Source of the DNA: Dehalococcoidia bacterium
GTDB taxonomy: Bacteria > Chloroflexota > Dehalococcoidia > UBA2979
Direction of reading: 5' to 3'
NCBI GenBank assembly: GCA_963667465.2
Contig: CAXXDN010000002.1
Coordinates: 736,001 to 800,000, forward strand
Length of the DNA: 64,000 nt
This document shows positions 1 to 8,279 of the stretch, in pieces. Positions within the stretch are counted from its first letter, which is position 1. Every line of letters starts with the position of its first letter. The position numbers and the translations under genes are program-made. The notes beneath the pieces were generated by a model. The model did no database searches. It saw nothing but the letters and a program-made list of their open reading frames with translations, and was not told the DNA's origin.

Positions 1-1
1 C

Positions 2-1060
2 GACGAGTACCCCGCCGAGCTGGTGCAGGACCTGCGCGACCTCGGCCTGTTCGGCGCGGTACTCGATCCCGCCAACGGCGGAGCCGGCCTGAGCTACGAG
101 ACGTACGTCGCGGCGGTCGAGGAGGTCTCGCGCGGCTGGATGACGCTGGCCGGGGTCTTCAACTCGCACCTCATCCTCTCGCACATCATCGAGCGCTTCG
201 GCAGCGATGAGCAGCGGGCGCGCTTCCTGCCCGGCCTCGCCTCGGGCGAGGCGCAGGGCGCACTCGCGCTGACCGAGCCGGGCGCGGGCAGCGACGTGCA
301 GGCGATCGCCACGACGGCGCGCCGTGACGGGGACGTGTACGTGCTGAACGGCCAGAAGCAGTTCATCACCAACGGCAGGCGCGCCCGCTACGTCGCCGTC
401 CTCGCAAAGACGGATCCGGCGGCGCAGCCGCCGCATCGCGGAATGGCCGTCCTCGTCGTCGAGCGCGGCACGCCGGGCTTCAGCGTCGGGCGCGACTTCG
501 AGAAGCTCGGCTACCGCGGGATCGAGACCTCCGAGCTGTTTTTCGAGGACTGCGCCGTGCCCGCGGACAACCTCGTCGGCGGCGAGGGGCGCGGCTTCCA
601 GCAGGTCATGGCGGGGCTGGAGCTTGGCCGCCTCAACGTCGCCGCGCGCGGGGTCGGCCTGGCGCGCGCGGCTTACGAGGACGCGCTCGCCTACGCGCAG
701 GAGCGCCACACCTTCGGCGTCCCGATCGCCGAGCACCAGGCGATCCAGATGAAGCTCGCCGACATGTCCGTGGCGATCGAGGCCGCTCGATTGCTCACCC
801 AGCGTGCCGCCCGGCTCAAGGACGCCGGGCAGCGCGTGGACCTCGAGGCCGGGCAGGCCAAGCTCTTCGCCACGGAGACGGCGCAGCTGTGCGCCCTTGA
901 GGGGTTGCGCATCCACGGCGGCGCCGGATACATGCAGGATCTGCCGGTGGAGCGTTATCTCCGCGACGCGCCCTTGCTGATCGTCGGCGAGGGGACCAAT
1001 GAGGTGCAGCGCCTGGTTATCGCACGCCGCCTGCTGGAGCAGGCGCGGGGCGAGGGCTAG
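2..1060 (+). CDS. Acyl-CoA dehydrogenase family protein (5' end lies before the window)
   Basis: Motifs ALTEPGAGSD, LNGQKQFITNG, KLGYRG, RIHGGAGY, GEGTNEVQR. The frame is open from base 2 (DEYPAELVQD...), so the real start is upstream. Confidence 0.95.
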   Translation, partial: DEYPAELVQDLRDLGLFGAVLDPANGGAGLSYETYVAAVEEVSRGWMTLAGVFNSHLILSHIIERFGSDEQRARFLPGLASGEAQGALALTEPGAGSDVQAIATTARRDGDVYVLNGQKQFITNGRRARYVAVLAKTDPAAQPPHRGMAVLVVERGTPGFSVGRDFEKLGYRGIETSELFFEDCAVPADNLVGGEGRGFQQVMAGLELGRLNVAARGVGLARAAYEDALAYAQERHTFGVPIAEHQAIQMKLADMSVAIEAARLLTQRAARLKDAGQRVDLEAGQAKLFATETAQLCALEGLRIHGGAGYMQDLPVERYLRDAPLLIVGEGTNEVQRLVIARRLLEQARGEG

Positions 1061-1087
1061 CGCCGCGATGACGGACGGGAGCCGCGC

Positions 1088-2623
1088 GTGAGCCCGGCCA
1101 GCAACTACGCACGGTTCAGCTATGGGCTGAAGCGCTACACCGACTCGCTGCGGCGCTATATCGACCGCCGCGTGCGCGAGGACTGGTGGGACGAATACGT
1201 CCTTACGAGCCTCCCCGCCGACCAGATCGCGGCCCTCGACCGCGAACGCAAGCTGCACGCCGACGACCTCGACGAGGCGCGCGAGGGCGTGCTGCCCAAG
1301 TCCGGTACCGAGTTCCTCGATGCGCGCCACTTCGCTGCGATCTTCCGGGAGCGCTTCCGCGCCAACGAGCGCACGACGGAACTGATGCGCCAGGTCCAGG
1401 AGCTGCACGACCAGTGGTCCGATCCTCCCGAGGACGACTACGTCACGGAGGACGTCGACCAGGCCCTCAGCGCGATGCACGAGGCGCTGGCGTACTACCA
1501 GCTGCCGGCTGCCGCGGAACTGCTCGCACTGCGCGAGGGCGGCGATCCGCCGCGCAGCACCTACGTGGAACTGAGCGAGGAGATCAAGCGCCATGGCGAC
1601 GGGATGCGGCGTGTCTTCCTCGACTGGGCCGAACGCGAATCGCCCGGCGAGTGGTGGGAGCGGCGCGTCGGCGAGCAGCGACGGACGGCGATCGCACGAC
1701 ATCTCGAGGACACCACGCGGCTGACGTCCGAGGAGCTTGTGGGCCTGCTCGGCCCCGCCGACTTCACGGCGATCGCCCTCGACAACTGCGATCTTAGTGG
1801 CCCGGAGCGCTCGCTGCTGCGCACGGCGCTGCACGTGCGCCGCAGCTGGGCCCACCCTGCGAGCGGCGAGTATCCGGACGGCTACGTGGCAGAGGCCACG
1901 GAGTGGCTTCGCGAGGCCCTCGATACGGTCGCGGACGCCGTAGACGAGCTGTTGGAGCCGATCCCGGCGGACGAGGCCGAGCCGGAAGAGCCGGAGGCGG
2001 CGGAGCCCGAAGCGGCGGCAGAGGAAGCCCGCCGGGTCACCATCGGCGACTACTTCACGTGTGGGATCGTTGCCGCGTTCCTCGGCGCGTTCGCAGTGGC
2101 TCTGGTCCTCGTCGGGCTCGCGTTGCTTGGGACGCGGACCTGGCCGGTCGATCGCGCGCTCGACGTATCGAGCGCGGCCGCCGATGCAGTCGGCGATTTC
2201 GTGGATGGCGTCACCGGCACGGCGCCGCTGGAGGCCACGGCCACCCCAATTCCGACGCGGACGAGCACGCCGACGGCGGCTGCCACGCCGACGCCGACGC
2301 CTGGAGCTACCGCGACGGCCACGACAACGGCGACGCCCACCGCGACGGCGACGCCGACACGCACCGCGACGCCGACCGCAACGCCGCCACCCGCACCCTC
2401 GCTCGAGCGGGCGATCGGGAACACGGATGGCGACGGCGTCTCGCTCCGCGACGACTGCGCTGACGCCGCCCGCTTCTCCGCCCCCGGCGAGGGCTGGCCG
2501 GAGGGCCAGGCGGTCGAGGTGATCGAGGTGGGCAGCGATCGCTGCGAGGGTTGGCTGCTGACACAGGCGGACGGCGTCGCCTCGTGGGTTCGTGAGGAGT
2601 ACGTCGTCGATCGAGAGCAGTAA
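1088..2623 (+). CDS. Membrane protein: two tandem Swt1-like HEPN domains, single TM helix, Pro/Thr linker, C-terminal SH3b-like domain
   Basis: Two ~140-aa helical repeats, each with WW, an LD/LG-x3-F-x2-I segment and a W[SA][DH]P motif (HDQWSD 1406-1423; RRSWAH 1838-1855). Hydrophobic stretch ~2063-2131, (TPTA)n linker, then NTDGDGVSLR...GW...WVREEYV typical of SH3b. Confidence 0.7.
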   Translation: MSPASNYARFSYGLKRYTDSLRRYIDRRVREDWWDEYVLTSLPADQIAALDRERKLHADDLDEAREGVLPKSGTEFLDARHFAAIFRERFRANERTTELMRQVQELHDQWSDPPEDDYVTEDVDQALSAMHEALAYYQLPAAAELLALREGGDPPRSTYVELSEEIKRHGDGMRRVFLDWAERESPGEWWERRVGEQRRTAIARHLEDTTRLTSEELVGLLGPADFTAIALDNCDLSGPERSLLRTALHVRRSWAHPASGEYPDGYVAEATEWLREALDTVADAVDELLEPIPADEAEPEEPEAAEPEAAAEEARRVTIGDYFTCGIVAAFLGAFAVALVLVGLALLGTRTWPVDRALDVSSAAADAVGDFVDGVTGTAPLEATATPIPTRTSTPTAAATPTPTPGATATATTTATPTATATPTRTATPTATPPPAPSLERAIGNTDGDGVSLRDDCADAARFSAPGEGWPEGQAVEVIEVGSDRCEGWLLTQADGVASWVREEYVVDREQ

Positions 2624-2632
2624 CCCGCGCCG

Positions 2633-3427
2633 CTACTGCCGGGGCGGTGGCCGCAGGGCGTAGCTCTCCGGCTCGCGCAGCCACTCGCGGTCCGCGAAGT
2701 AGGCGCGCAACGCTTGCGCGGCCTCGGCGAGCACAGCCTCGCTCGTGGCCGGTGAGCGGGTGTCCAACCAGGGTGCGATGCGGCGTCCCAGCCCGGTCTG
2801 GCGCGCGGCGGCGTCCAGCCAGTCCAGCGTCGGATGCGCGCCCTCCTCCAGGATGCAGGCCAGCCGCGTGAGCGCACTCGCCGCCTCGCCACCCGCGATC
2901 GCCTCGCTCGGGTCGATCGAGGCCCCGTGCGCGCGCTCCAGTGCTTCGAGCGCGCGACCGGCCTGCAGGTAGAGCGGGCGCACCAGGCGCTCCAGTGCGG
3001 AGCCGGGCAGGCGCCGCGCGGTGGCCGCGAGGCGCTCCGCGCGCCCGCTGGGATCGTGCAGCGGGTCCGCGTGACGGAACTCCCAGCGGACCTCCAGCGA
3101 GCGGCGCGAGACGCCAGCGAGCAGCGCCTCGACCCCGCCCGTCGTCGCCACGGTGGTTTCGATGAGTTCGTCGCGGACGCGCCGCAGGCGATGGCGCAGC
3201 AGCGGCTCGCGCCACTCCGCGTCCAGATCGCGCACGTCGGCCGCGTCGACGACCAGCCAGAGGCGCTGCGGGCCCGCCGGAGCGCCCTCGGGCGGCTCCA
3301 CGACGAGCAGGGTGAGTACGTAGGGACGATCGTTCCAGGGCGGCGCCTCCAGCAACGCGCGGGCGCGCGCGGCCAGCGGCACCACGGCCTCGCCGCCGCC
3401 GCCCGGCTCGCTCGCGCGCGCGCTCAC
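2633..3427 (-). CDS. Hypothetical protein, possibly a degenerate nucleotidyltransferase fold plus helical domain
   Basis: Overlaps the stop of the upstream flavoprotein gene by 4 bp. PLHDPSG and HPxxxWL segments resemble Pol-beta/DUF4037-like proteins, but no GS/DxD motif is visible. Confidence 0.5.
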   Translation of the reverse strand: MSARASEPGGGGEAVVPLAARARALLEAPPWNDRPYVLTLLVVEPPEGAPAGPQRLWLVVDAADVRDLDAEWREPLLRHRLRRVRDELIETTVATTGGVEALLAGVSRRSLEVRWEFRHADPLHDPSGRAERLAATARRLPGSALERLVRPLYLQAGRALEALERAHGASIDPSEAIAGGEAASALTRLACILEEGAHPTLDWLDAAARQTGLGRRIAPWLDTRSPATSEAVLAEAAQALRAYFADREWLREPESYALRPPPRQ

Positions 3428-3933
3428 GAGGCACCCTCGAGGCGGACGGCCAGCCGGGCGACGCGCCGGCCGAGGGCGCGCGCCTGCTCGCGGTCGTCGT
3501 CCGTGACCGCGCCGGCTGCCGTCGCGCCGTAGTAGGAACCGGATCGCCGCATGCGCTCGCTCCAGGGCAGGCCGACGAAGATCATGCCGTGCCCGACCAG
3601 CAGGTGCATGAGCTGCTGCAAGGTCGCCTCCAGCCCTCCGTGCGGCGACCAGCCGGCGGCGAACGCGGCGCCCGGCTTGCCCGCCAGTTCGCCGGACTCC
3701 CAGAGGTCGCCCGACTGATCGAGCCAGATCTTCAATTCGCCCGTCACGCCGGTCCAGTTCGGCGAACCGAGGATCAGCGCGTCACAGTGCAGCAGTTCAG
3801 CCGGGTCGGCCTCGCCGATGCGAATGCTGCGCAACGCTGCGCCCTCGATGCTGCGCACGCCCTCGCCCACGGCGTCGGCGAGCTGCTGCACGAGGCCGGC
3901 GCGGCTGTCGTAGACGAGCAGGAGTCGGGTCAT
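3424..3933 (-). CDS. Flavodoxin-like NAD(P)H:quinone oxidoreductase (WrbA family)
   Basis: LLVYDSRAG, DALILGSPNW, LAGKPGAAF, GGLEATL, HGMIFVG, YGAT, ARALGRRVA. ATG at 3933 chosen; TTG at 3960 is the alternative. Confidence 0.88.
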   Translation of the reverse strand: MTRLLLVYDSRAGLVQQLADAVGEGVRSIEGAALRSIRIGEADPAELLHCDALILGSPNWTGVTGELKIWLDQSGDLWESGELAGKPGAAFAAGWSPHGGLEATLQQLMHLLVGHGMIFVGLPWSERMRRSGSYYGATAAGAVTDDDREQARALGRRVARLAVRLEGAS

Positions 3934-3956
3934 CGTCAGCGCCCGGGCCGCCGCGC

Positions 3957-4229
3957 TCAATCCTCGGTCGCTTGCTCGGTGACGACGCGGCGGATGCGGG
4001 TGACGCGCTCATCGATGAGCGCGTCCGGGCCGTCCTCGCCGGGCGGATCGAGGGCGTCGCGCAGCCAGGTGATCAGCACGGCGGCGCCGCCGTAGGCGAT
4101 GAACCACTCGCAGCCCTGGAGCAGCGCGAGCGCACCCGAGTGGCCGTTGCGGCGGTGACGGAACGAGCCCCAGGCCACGCCCGCGACGAACGCGGCCGCG
4201 GCGAGCCCGAACTGCTGCTTCTCGTTCAT
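3957..4229 (-). CDS. Small two-TM hypothetical membrane protein (~90 aa)
   Basis: ATG at 4229 gives MNEKQQFGLAAAAFVAGVAWG...WFIAYGGAAVLITWL. Lies directly upstream of the wrbA-like gene. Confidence 0.6.
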   Translation of the reverse strand: MNEKQQFGLAAAAFVAGVAWGSFRHRRNGHSGALALLQGCEWFIAYGGAAVLITWLRDALDPPGEDGPDALIDERVTRIRRVVTEQATED

Positions 4230-4406
4230 CAGTCCCCCGGCGTCGCCTGTGCGGGGATCATCGTACGGCCCGTACGGGGGCGGGTACAGCGCGCGTGGAT
4301 GAGCCTCGAGACGTGCGGTGCTGATCCGTACTGCGCAGTTCCGCGATCCTGCGGTATGCTGCGCGGCGGCGTGCGCTCGCTCGCCAACGGCAGGAGGGAT
4401 ACGCAT

Positions 4407-5300
4407 TTGCAGGCGTTGAAGGTGGTCCGGCCTACCACCATCGCGGAGGCCATCGAACAACTGAACGAAGGAGGCGACGGCGCCCGTCCGCTCGCGGGCG
4501 GGACCGACGTGATCGTCATCGCCCGGGCGCGAGTCCGGGACATCGACGTACTCGTGGACGTCAAGCGCATTCCGGAGCTGACCGCCATCGAGTGGAACCC
4601 GGACTCGGGGCTCACGATCGGCGCGGCGACGCCGTGCTACGAGCTCTACGGCAACGCCGACGTCGTCCAGAACTACCCGGCGATCATTGACTCCGCGACG
4701 CTGATCGGCGGCACGGGGATCCAGGGGCGCGCCAGCTTCGGCGGGAACCTCTGCAACTCCTCGCCGTCCGGCGACACGATCCCGACGCAGATCGTGCTCG
4801 AGGGCGTCGCGAACATCGCCGGCCCGAACGGCGAGCGCTCCGTGCCCGTCGAGGACTTCTGCACGGGTCCGGGCCGCAACGTGCTCGGGCAGGGCGAGTT
4901 CGTGGTTTCGATCTCGTTCCCCGCGCCCGACCCCAACGGGGGCGCACGCTTCCTGCGCTTCATCCCCCGCAACGAGATGGACATCGCGGTCTGCAACGCT
5001 GCCTCGGCGGTGAAGCTGGACGGCGACACCGTGAGCTGGGCGCGCGTCTCGATCGGTGCGGTGGCGCCGACGCCGCTGCTCGTCCAGAGCGCGGCGGACG
5101 CGCTCGTCGGGAACCCGCTCACGGACGCGACGATCGAGGCGGCCGCGGAAGCTTCACGGGACGCCGCGACGCCGATCGACGACATGCGGGGTTCGATCAA
5201 GCAGCGCAAGCACCTCGCAGCGGTGCTGACCCGGCGCACGCTGCAGCAGGCAGCGGCGCGGGCGCGCGGCGAGGATATCCCGTCGGTGGGAGGACACTAA
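4407..5300 (+). CDS. Xanthine dehydrogenase/CoxM-family FAD-binding (medium) subunit
   Basis: PLAGGTD, LTIGAA, IQGRASFGGNLCNSSPSGD, PIDDMRGS. TTG start at 4407 follows AGGAGG. Confidence 0.93.
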   Translation: MQALKVVRPTTIAEAIEQLNEGGDGARPLAGGTDVIVIARARVRDIDVLVDVKRIPELTAIEWNPDSGLTIGAATPCYELYGNADVVQNYPAIIDSATLIGGTGIQGRASFGGNLCNSSPSGDTIPTQIVLEGVANIAGPNGERSVPVEDFCTGPGRNVLGQGEFVVSISFPAPDPNGGARFLRFIPRNEMDIAVCNAASAVKLDGDTVSWARVSIGAVAPTPLLVQSAADALVGNPLTDATIEAAAEASRDAATPIDDMRGSIKQRKHLAAVLTRRTLQQAAARARGEDIPSVGGH

Positions 5301-5301
5301 C

Positions 5302-5769
5302 GTGACGGACCGCATGATCGTTTCGGCCACCATCAACGGCGAGCCGCTCGAGTTCCTCGCCGATCAGCGTGACAGCCTCCTCGAGGCGCTGCGCGAGCGC
5401 ATCGGCCTGACGGGCACGAAGGAGGGCTGCAACGACGGCAACTGCGGCGCCTGCTCCGTGCTCATGGACGGCCGCCTCGTCAACTCCTGCCTGGTCATGG
5501 CAGCCGAGGTCGAGGGCGCCGACATCACCACCGTCGAGGGCCTGGCGAGCGAGGACGGGCTGATCCCGTTGCAGCAGGCCTTCCTGGAGGAGGCGGCGCT
5601 GCAGTGCGGGATCTGCACCCCCGGCTTCCTCATTGCCTCGAAGGCGCTGCTGGATGCGAACCCGAACCCGACGGAGTACGAGGCCCGCTACTGGCTGGCC
5701 GGCAACCTCTGCCGCTGCACGGGCTACGACAAGATTATCCGCGCGGTGCTCAAGGCCGCCGAGGCATAG
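5302..5769 (+). CDS. CoxS-family (2Fe-2S)-binding small subunit
   Basis: GTKEGCNDGNCGAC, NSCL, QCGICTPG, GNLCRCTGY. Confidence 0.96.
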   Translation: MTDRMIVSATINGEPLEFLADQRDSLLEALRERIGLTGTKEGCNDGNCGACSVLMDGRLVNSCLVMAAEVEGADITTVEGLASEDGLIPLQQAFLEEAALQCGICTPGFLIASKALLDANPNPTEYEARYWLAGNLCRCTGYDKIIRAVLKAAEA

Positions 5770-5812
5770 CGCCTCCCGGGAGAGCCACGCGGAGAGCAGG
5801 CAGGAGAACCAC

Positions 5813-8116
5813 ATGGTCGCCACTGAGAAGCCCGGCAACTACCAGGTCGTCGGCACCCGCCCGATCCGCCATGACGGGACGGACAAGGTCACCGGTCGCG
5901 CCGGGTACGGCGGCGACTACCGGGCCGCGGGAATGCTGTTCGGTCGCGTGCTGCGCAGCCCCCACGCCCACGCCCGTATCAAGAGCATCGACACCTCGAA
6001 GGCAGAGGCTCTCGATGGCGTGCGCGGCGTCATCACCAACGCCGACTTCCCACAACCCGACGACTCGCAGGTGGACATCGGCGAGGGCGCGACGACGAGC
6101 GCCCGCTGGATGCTCGACAACGTGCTTGCCGGCGAGAAGGTGCTCTACACCGGACACGCCGTCGCCGCCGTTGCCGCCACCGACCCGCACATCGCCGAGG
6201 ACGCGCTCGACCTGATCGAGGTCGAGTACGAGGTCCTCGAGCCGGTGATGGACGTGCGCGAGGCGATGGACGAGAACGCGCCGGTGCTGCACGAGTTCCT
6301 GCGCACCGAGCAGATCGCCAGCGCCTTCATGCCCGGCGACATGGTCGGCACGAAGCCGAGCAACGTCGCCAAGCACCTCGAGTTCAGGGCGGGCGACGTG
6401 GATGCCGGCTTCGAGGAGGCCGATGTCGTGGTGGAGCGCGAGTTCACGACCACGATGGCGCACCAGGGCTACATCGAGCCGCACAACGGCAGCGCCTACT
6501 ACAACAAGGACGGGCACATCACGATCTGGAGCTCGACGCAGGGCGCCTTCGGCGTTCGCGACATGACGGCCGGCCTGCTCCAGGTCCCCGTCTCCCAGGT
6601 GACGTGCGAGCCGGTGGAGATCGGTGGCGGCTTCGGCGGCAAGATCGGCATCTACCTGGAGCCGCTGGCGGCGCTGCTCTCGAAGCAGACCGGCAAGCCC
6701 GTCAAGTTCACGATGACCCGCGAGGCGGTGCTGCAAGCGACCGGCCCGACCTCCGGGACGTACATGCGCGTCAAGATCGGCGCGAAGGACGACGGTACCT
6801 TCGTCGCCGCCCACGTCTACCTTGCGTTCGAGGCCGGGGCCTACCCGGGCTCGCCGATGGGGGCTGGCGCGATGTGCGCGCTCGCGCCGTACCAGATCGA
6901 GAACGGCCACATCGAGGGCTACGACGTCGTGCTCAACAAGCCGAAGGTCGCCGCCTACCGCGCCCCGGGCGCGCCGGCCGCCGAGTACGCCGTCGAGTGC
7001 GTGATCGACGAGATCGCACAGCAGCTCGAGATAGACCCGATGGACATCCGCCTCAAGAACGCCGCGGTCGACGGCTCGCGGCGCGTTGACGGCGCCGTCT
7101 TTGGCGTCATCGGCAACGAGCAGGTGATGGAGGTCGTGAAGAACAGCGAGCACTACCGCTCCGAGCTACAGGGCGAGAACCGCGGCCGCGGGGTCGCGAT
7201 GGGCTTCTGGTTCAACGTCGGCATGGAGTCCAGCGCCTACGCCAGCGTTCAGGCCGACGGCACGGTGAGCCTCTCGCTTGGCTCGACGGACATCGGCGGC
7301 ACGCGCGCCTCGATCGCGATGCAGCTCGCCGAGACGCTCGGCATCGCCGCCGAGGACGTGAAGCCGCAGGTGGTAGATACGGACTCCGTGGGCTACACGA
7401 TGGTCACCGGCGGCAGCCGGACGACCTTCGCAGGTGGCTGGGCCGCCTACGAGTCCGCGATGGACATCCGCCGCCAGCTGGAAGAGCGGGCCGCCGCGAT
7501 CTGGGACGTGGACCGCGATCAGGTCAGCTACAGCGAGGGCGGCGTCCATGGCCCCGCCGACGCTGACGGCAACGCACGCTCGATGACGTTCAAGGAGCTG
7601 GCGGGCCAGCTCGCCGGCAGTGGTGGAATGATCCAGGGCCGCGCGGACGTGAACAGCATGGAGGCGGGACCCGCTTTCGCCGGGCACATCGTCGATGTTG
7701 AGGTGGACCCGGAGACCGGCAAGGTCGACATCCTCCGCTACACCGCCGTGCAGGATGTCGGGACCGCGATCCACCCGTCGTACGTCGAGGGTCAGATCCA
7801 GGGCGGCGTCGCCCAGGGTGTCGGCATGGCGCTGACAGAGGAGTACTTCTACGCCGACGACGGCACGCTGCTGAACTCGAGTCTGCTCGACTACCGCATG
7901 CCCACCGCGCTCGACCTGCCGATGATCGAGACGGAGATCGTCGAGGTGCCCAACCCCGGGCACCCCTACGGCGTGCGCGGCGTCGGCGAGGTGCCGATCG
8001 TCCCGCCCGCGCCGGCGATTGCGAACGCCATCGCGGACGCGATCGGCCTGCGCATGAACGAGCTGCCGATGTCGCCGCGGGCGATGCTCGAGGAGCTGCT
8101 CCCCGACGAGGACTAG
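5813..8116 (+). CDS. Xanthine dehydrogenase-family molybdopterin-binding large subunit, paralog 1
   Basis: DKVTGRA, LRSPHAHARI, IGGGFGGK, AYRAPG, GQIQGG, GVRGVGE. ATG at 5813 follows AGGAG. Confidence 0.95.
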   Translation: MVATEKPGNYQVVGTRPIRHDGTDKVTGRAGYGGDYRAAGMLFGRVLRSPHAHARIKSIDTSKAEALDGVRGVITNADFPQPDDSQVDIGEGATTSARWMLDNVLAGEKVLYTGHAVAAVAATDPHIAEDALDLIEVEYEVLEPVMDVREAMDENAPVLHEFLRTEQIASAFMPGDMVGTKPSNVAKHLEFRAGDVDAGFEEADVVVEREFTTTMAHQGYIEPHNGSAYYNKDGHITIWSSTQGAFGVRDMTAGLLQVPVSQVTCEPVEIGGGFGGKIGIYLEPLAALLSKQTGKPVKFTMTREAVLQATGPTSGTYMRVKIGAKDDGTFVAAHVYLAFEAGAYPGSPMGAGAMCALAPYQIENGHIEGYDVVLNKPKVAAYRAPGAPAAEYAVECVIDEIAQQLEIDPMDIRLKNAAVDGSRRVDGAVFGVIGNEQVMEVVKNSEHYRSELQGENRGRGVAMGFWFNVGMESSAYASVQADGTVSLSLGSTDIGGTRASIAMQLAETLGIAAEDVKPQVVDTDSVGYTMVTGGSRTTFAGGWAAYESAMDIRRQLEERAAAIWDVDRDQVSYSEGGVHGPADADGNARSMTFKELAGQLAGSGGMIQGRADVNSMEAGPAFAGHIVDVEVDPETGKVDILRYTAVQDVGTAIHPSYVEGQIQGGVAQGVGMALTEEYFYADDGTLLNSSLLDYRMPTALDLPMIETEIVEVPNPGHPYGVRGVGEVPIVPPAPAIANAIADAIGLRMNELPMSPRAMLEELLPDED

Positions 8117-8153
8117 ACCGCCGCCCCGAGGGGCGACGGAGGCAAGTGACTAC

Positions 8154-8244
8154 CGGCGGCGCCCCTGAGGGTGCCGCCGCTGCGTTCGGCGCGCGGGCAA
8201 CACCCTCGATCCGCCACGGCAGCGGCCGCGGTCGCGTATACAAT
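8154..8244 (+). promoter_or_regulatory. GC-rich hairpin followed by a putative -10 element for the second large subunit
   Basis: CGGCGGCGCCC-CTGA-GGGTGCCGCCG (8154-8179); TACAAT at 8239-8244, ~35 nt before the RBS-preceded ATG at 8280. Confidence 0.4.
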
Positions 8245-8279
8245 CCGGGTACGAGGCCACGGTATGCGAGGAGGATGCG

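Noticed and set aside
2240-2400. Short DNA repeats (ACGCCGACG...) as a repeat element
   Set aside because: They simply encode the Pro/Thr/Ala stalk of the membrane protein.
3972-4406. Long N-terminal extensions in the ORF track (e.g. 3972, 5633, 18282, 23235, 24338, 27130)
   Set aside because: They overlap neighbouring genes or lack family similarity. Downstream starts with an RBS match the expected N-termini.
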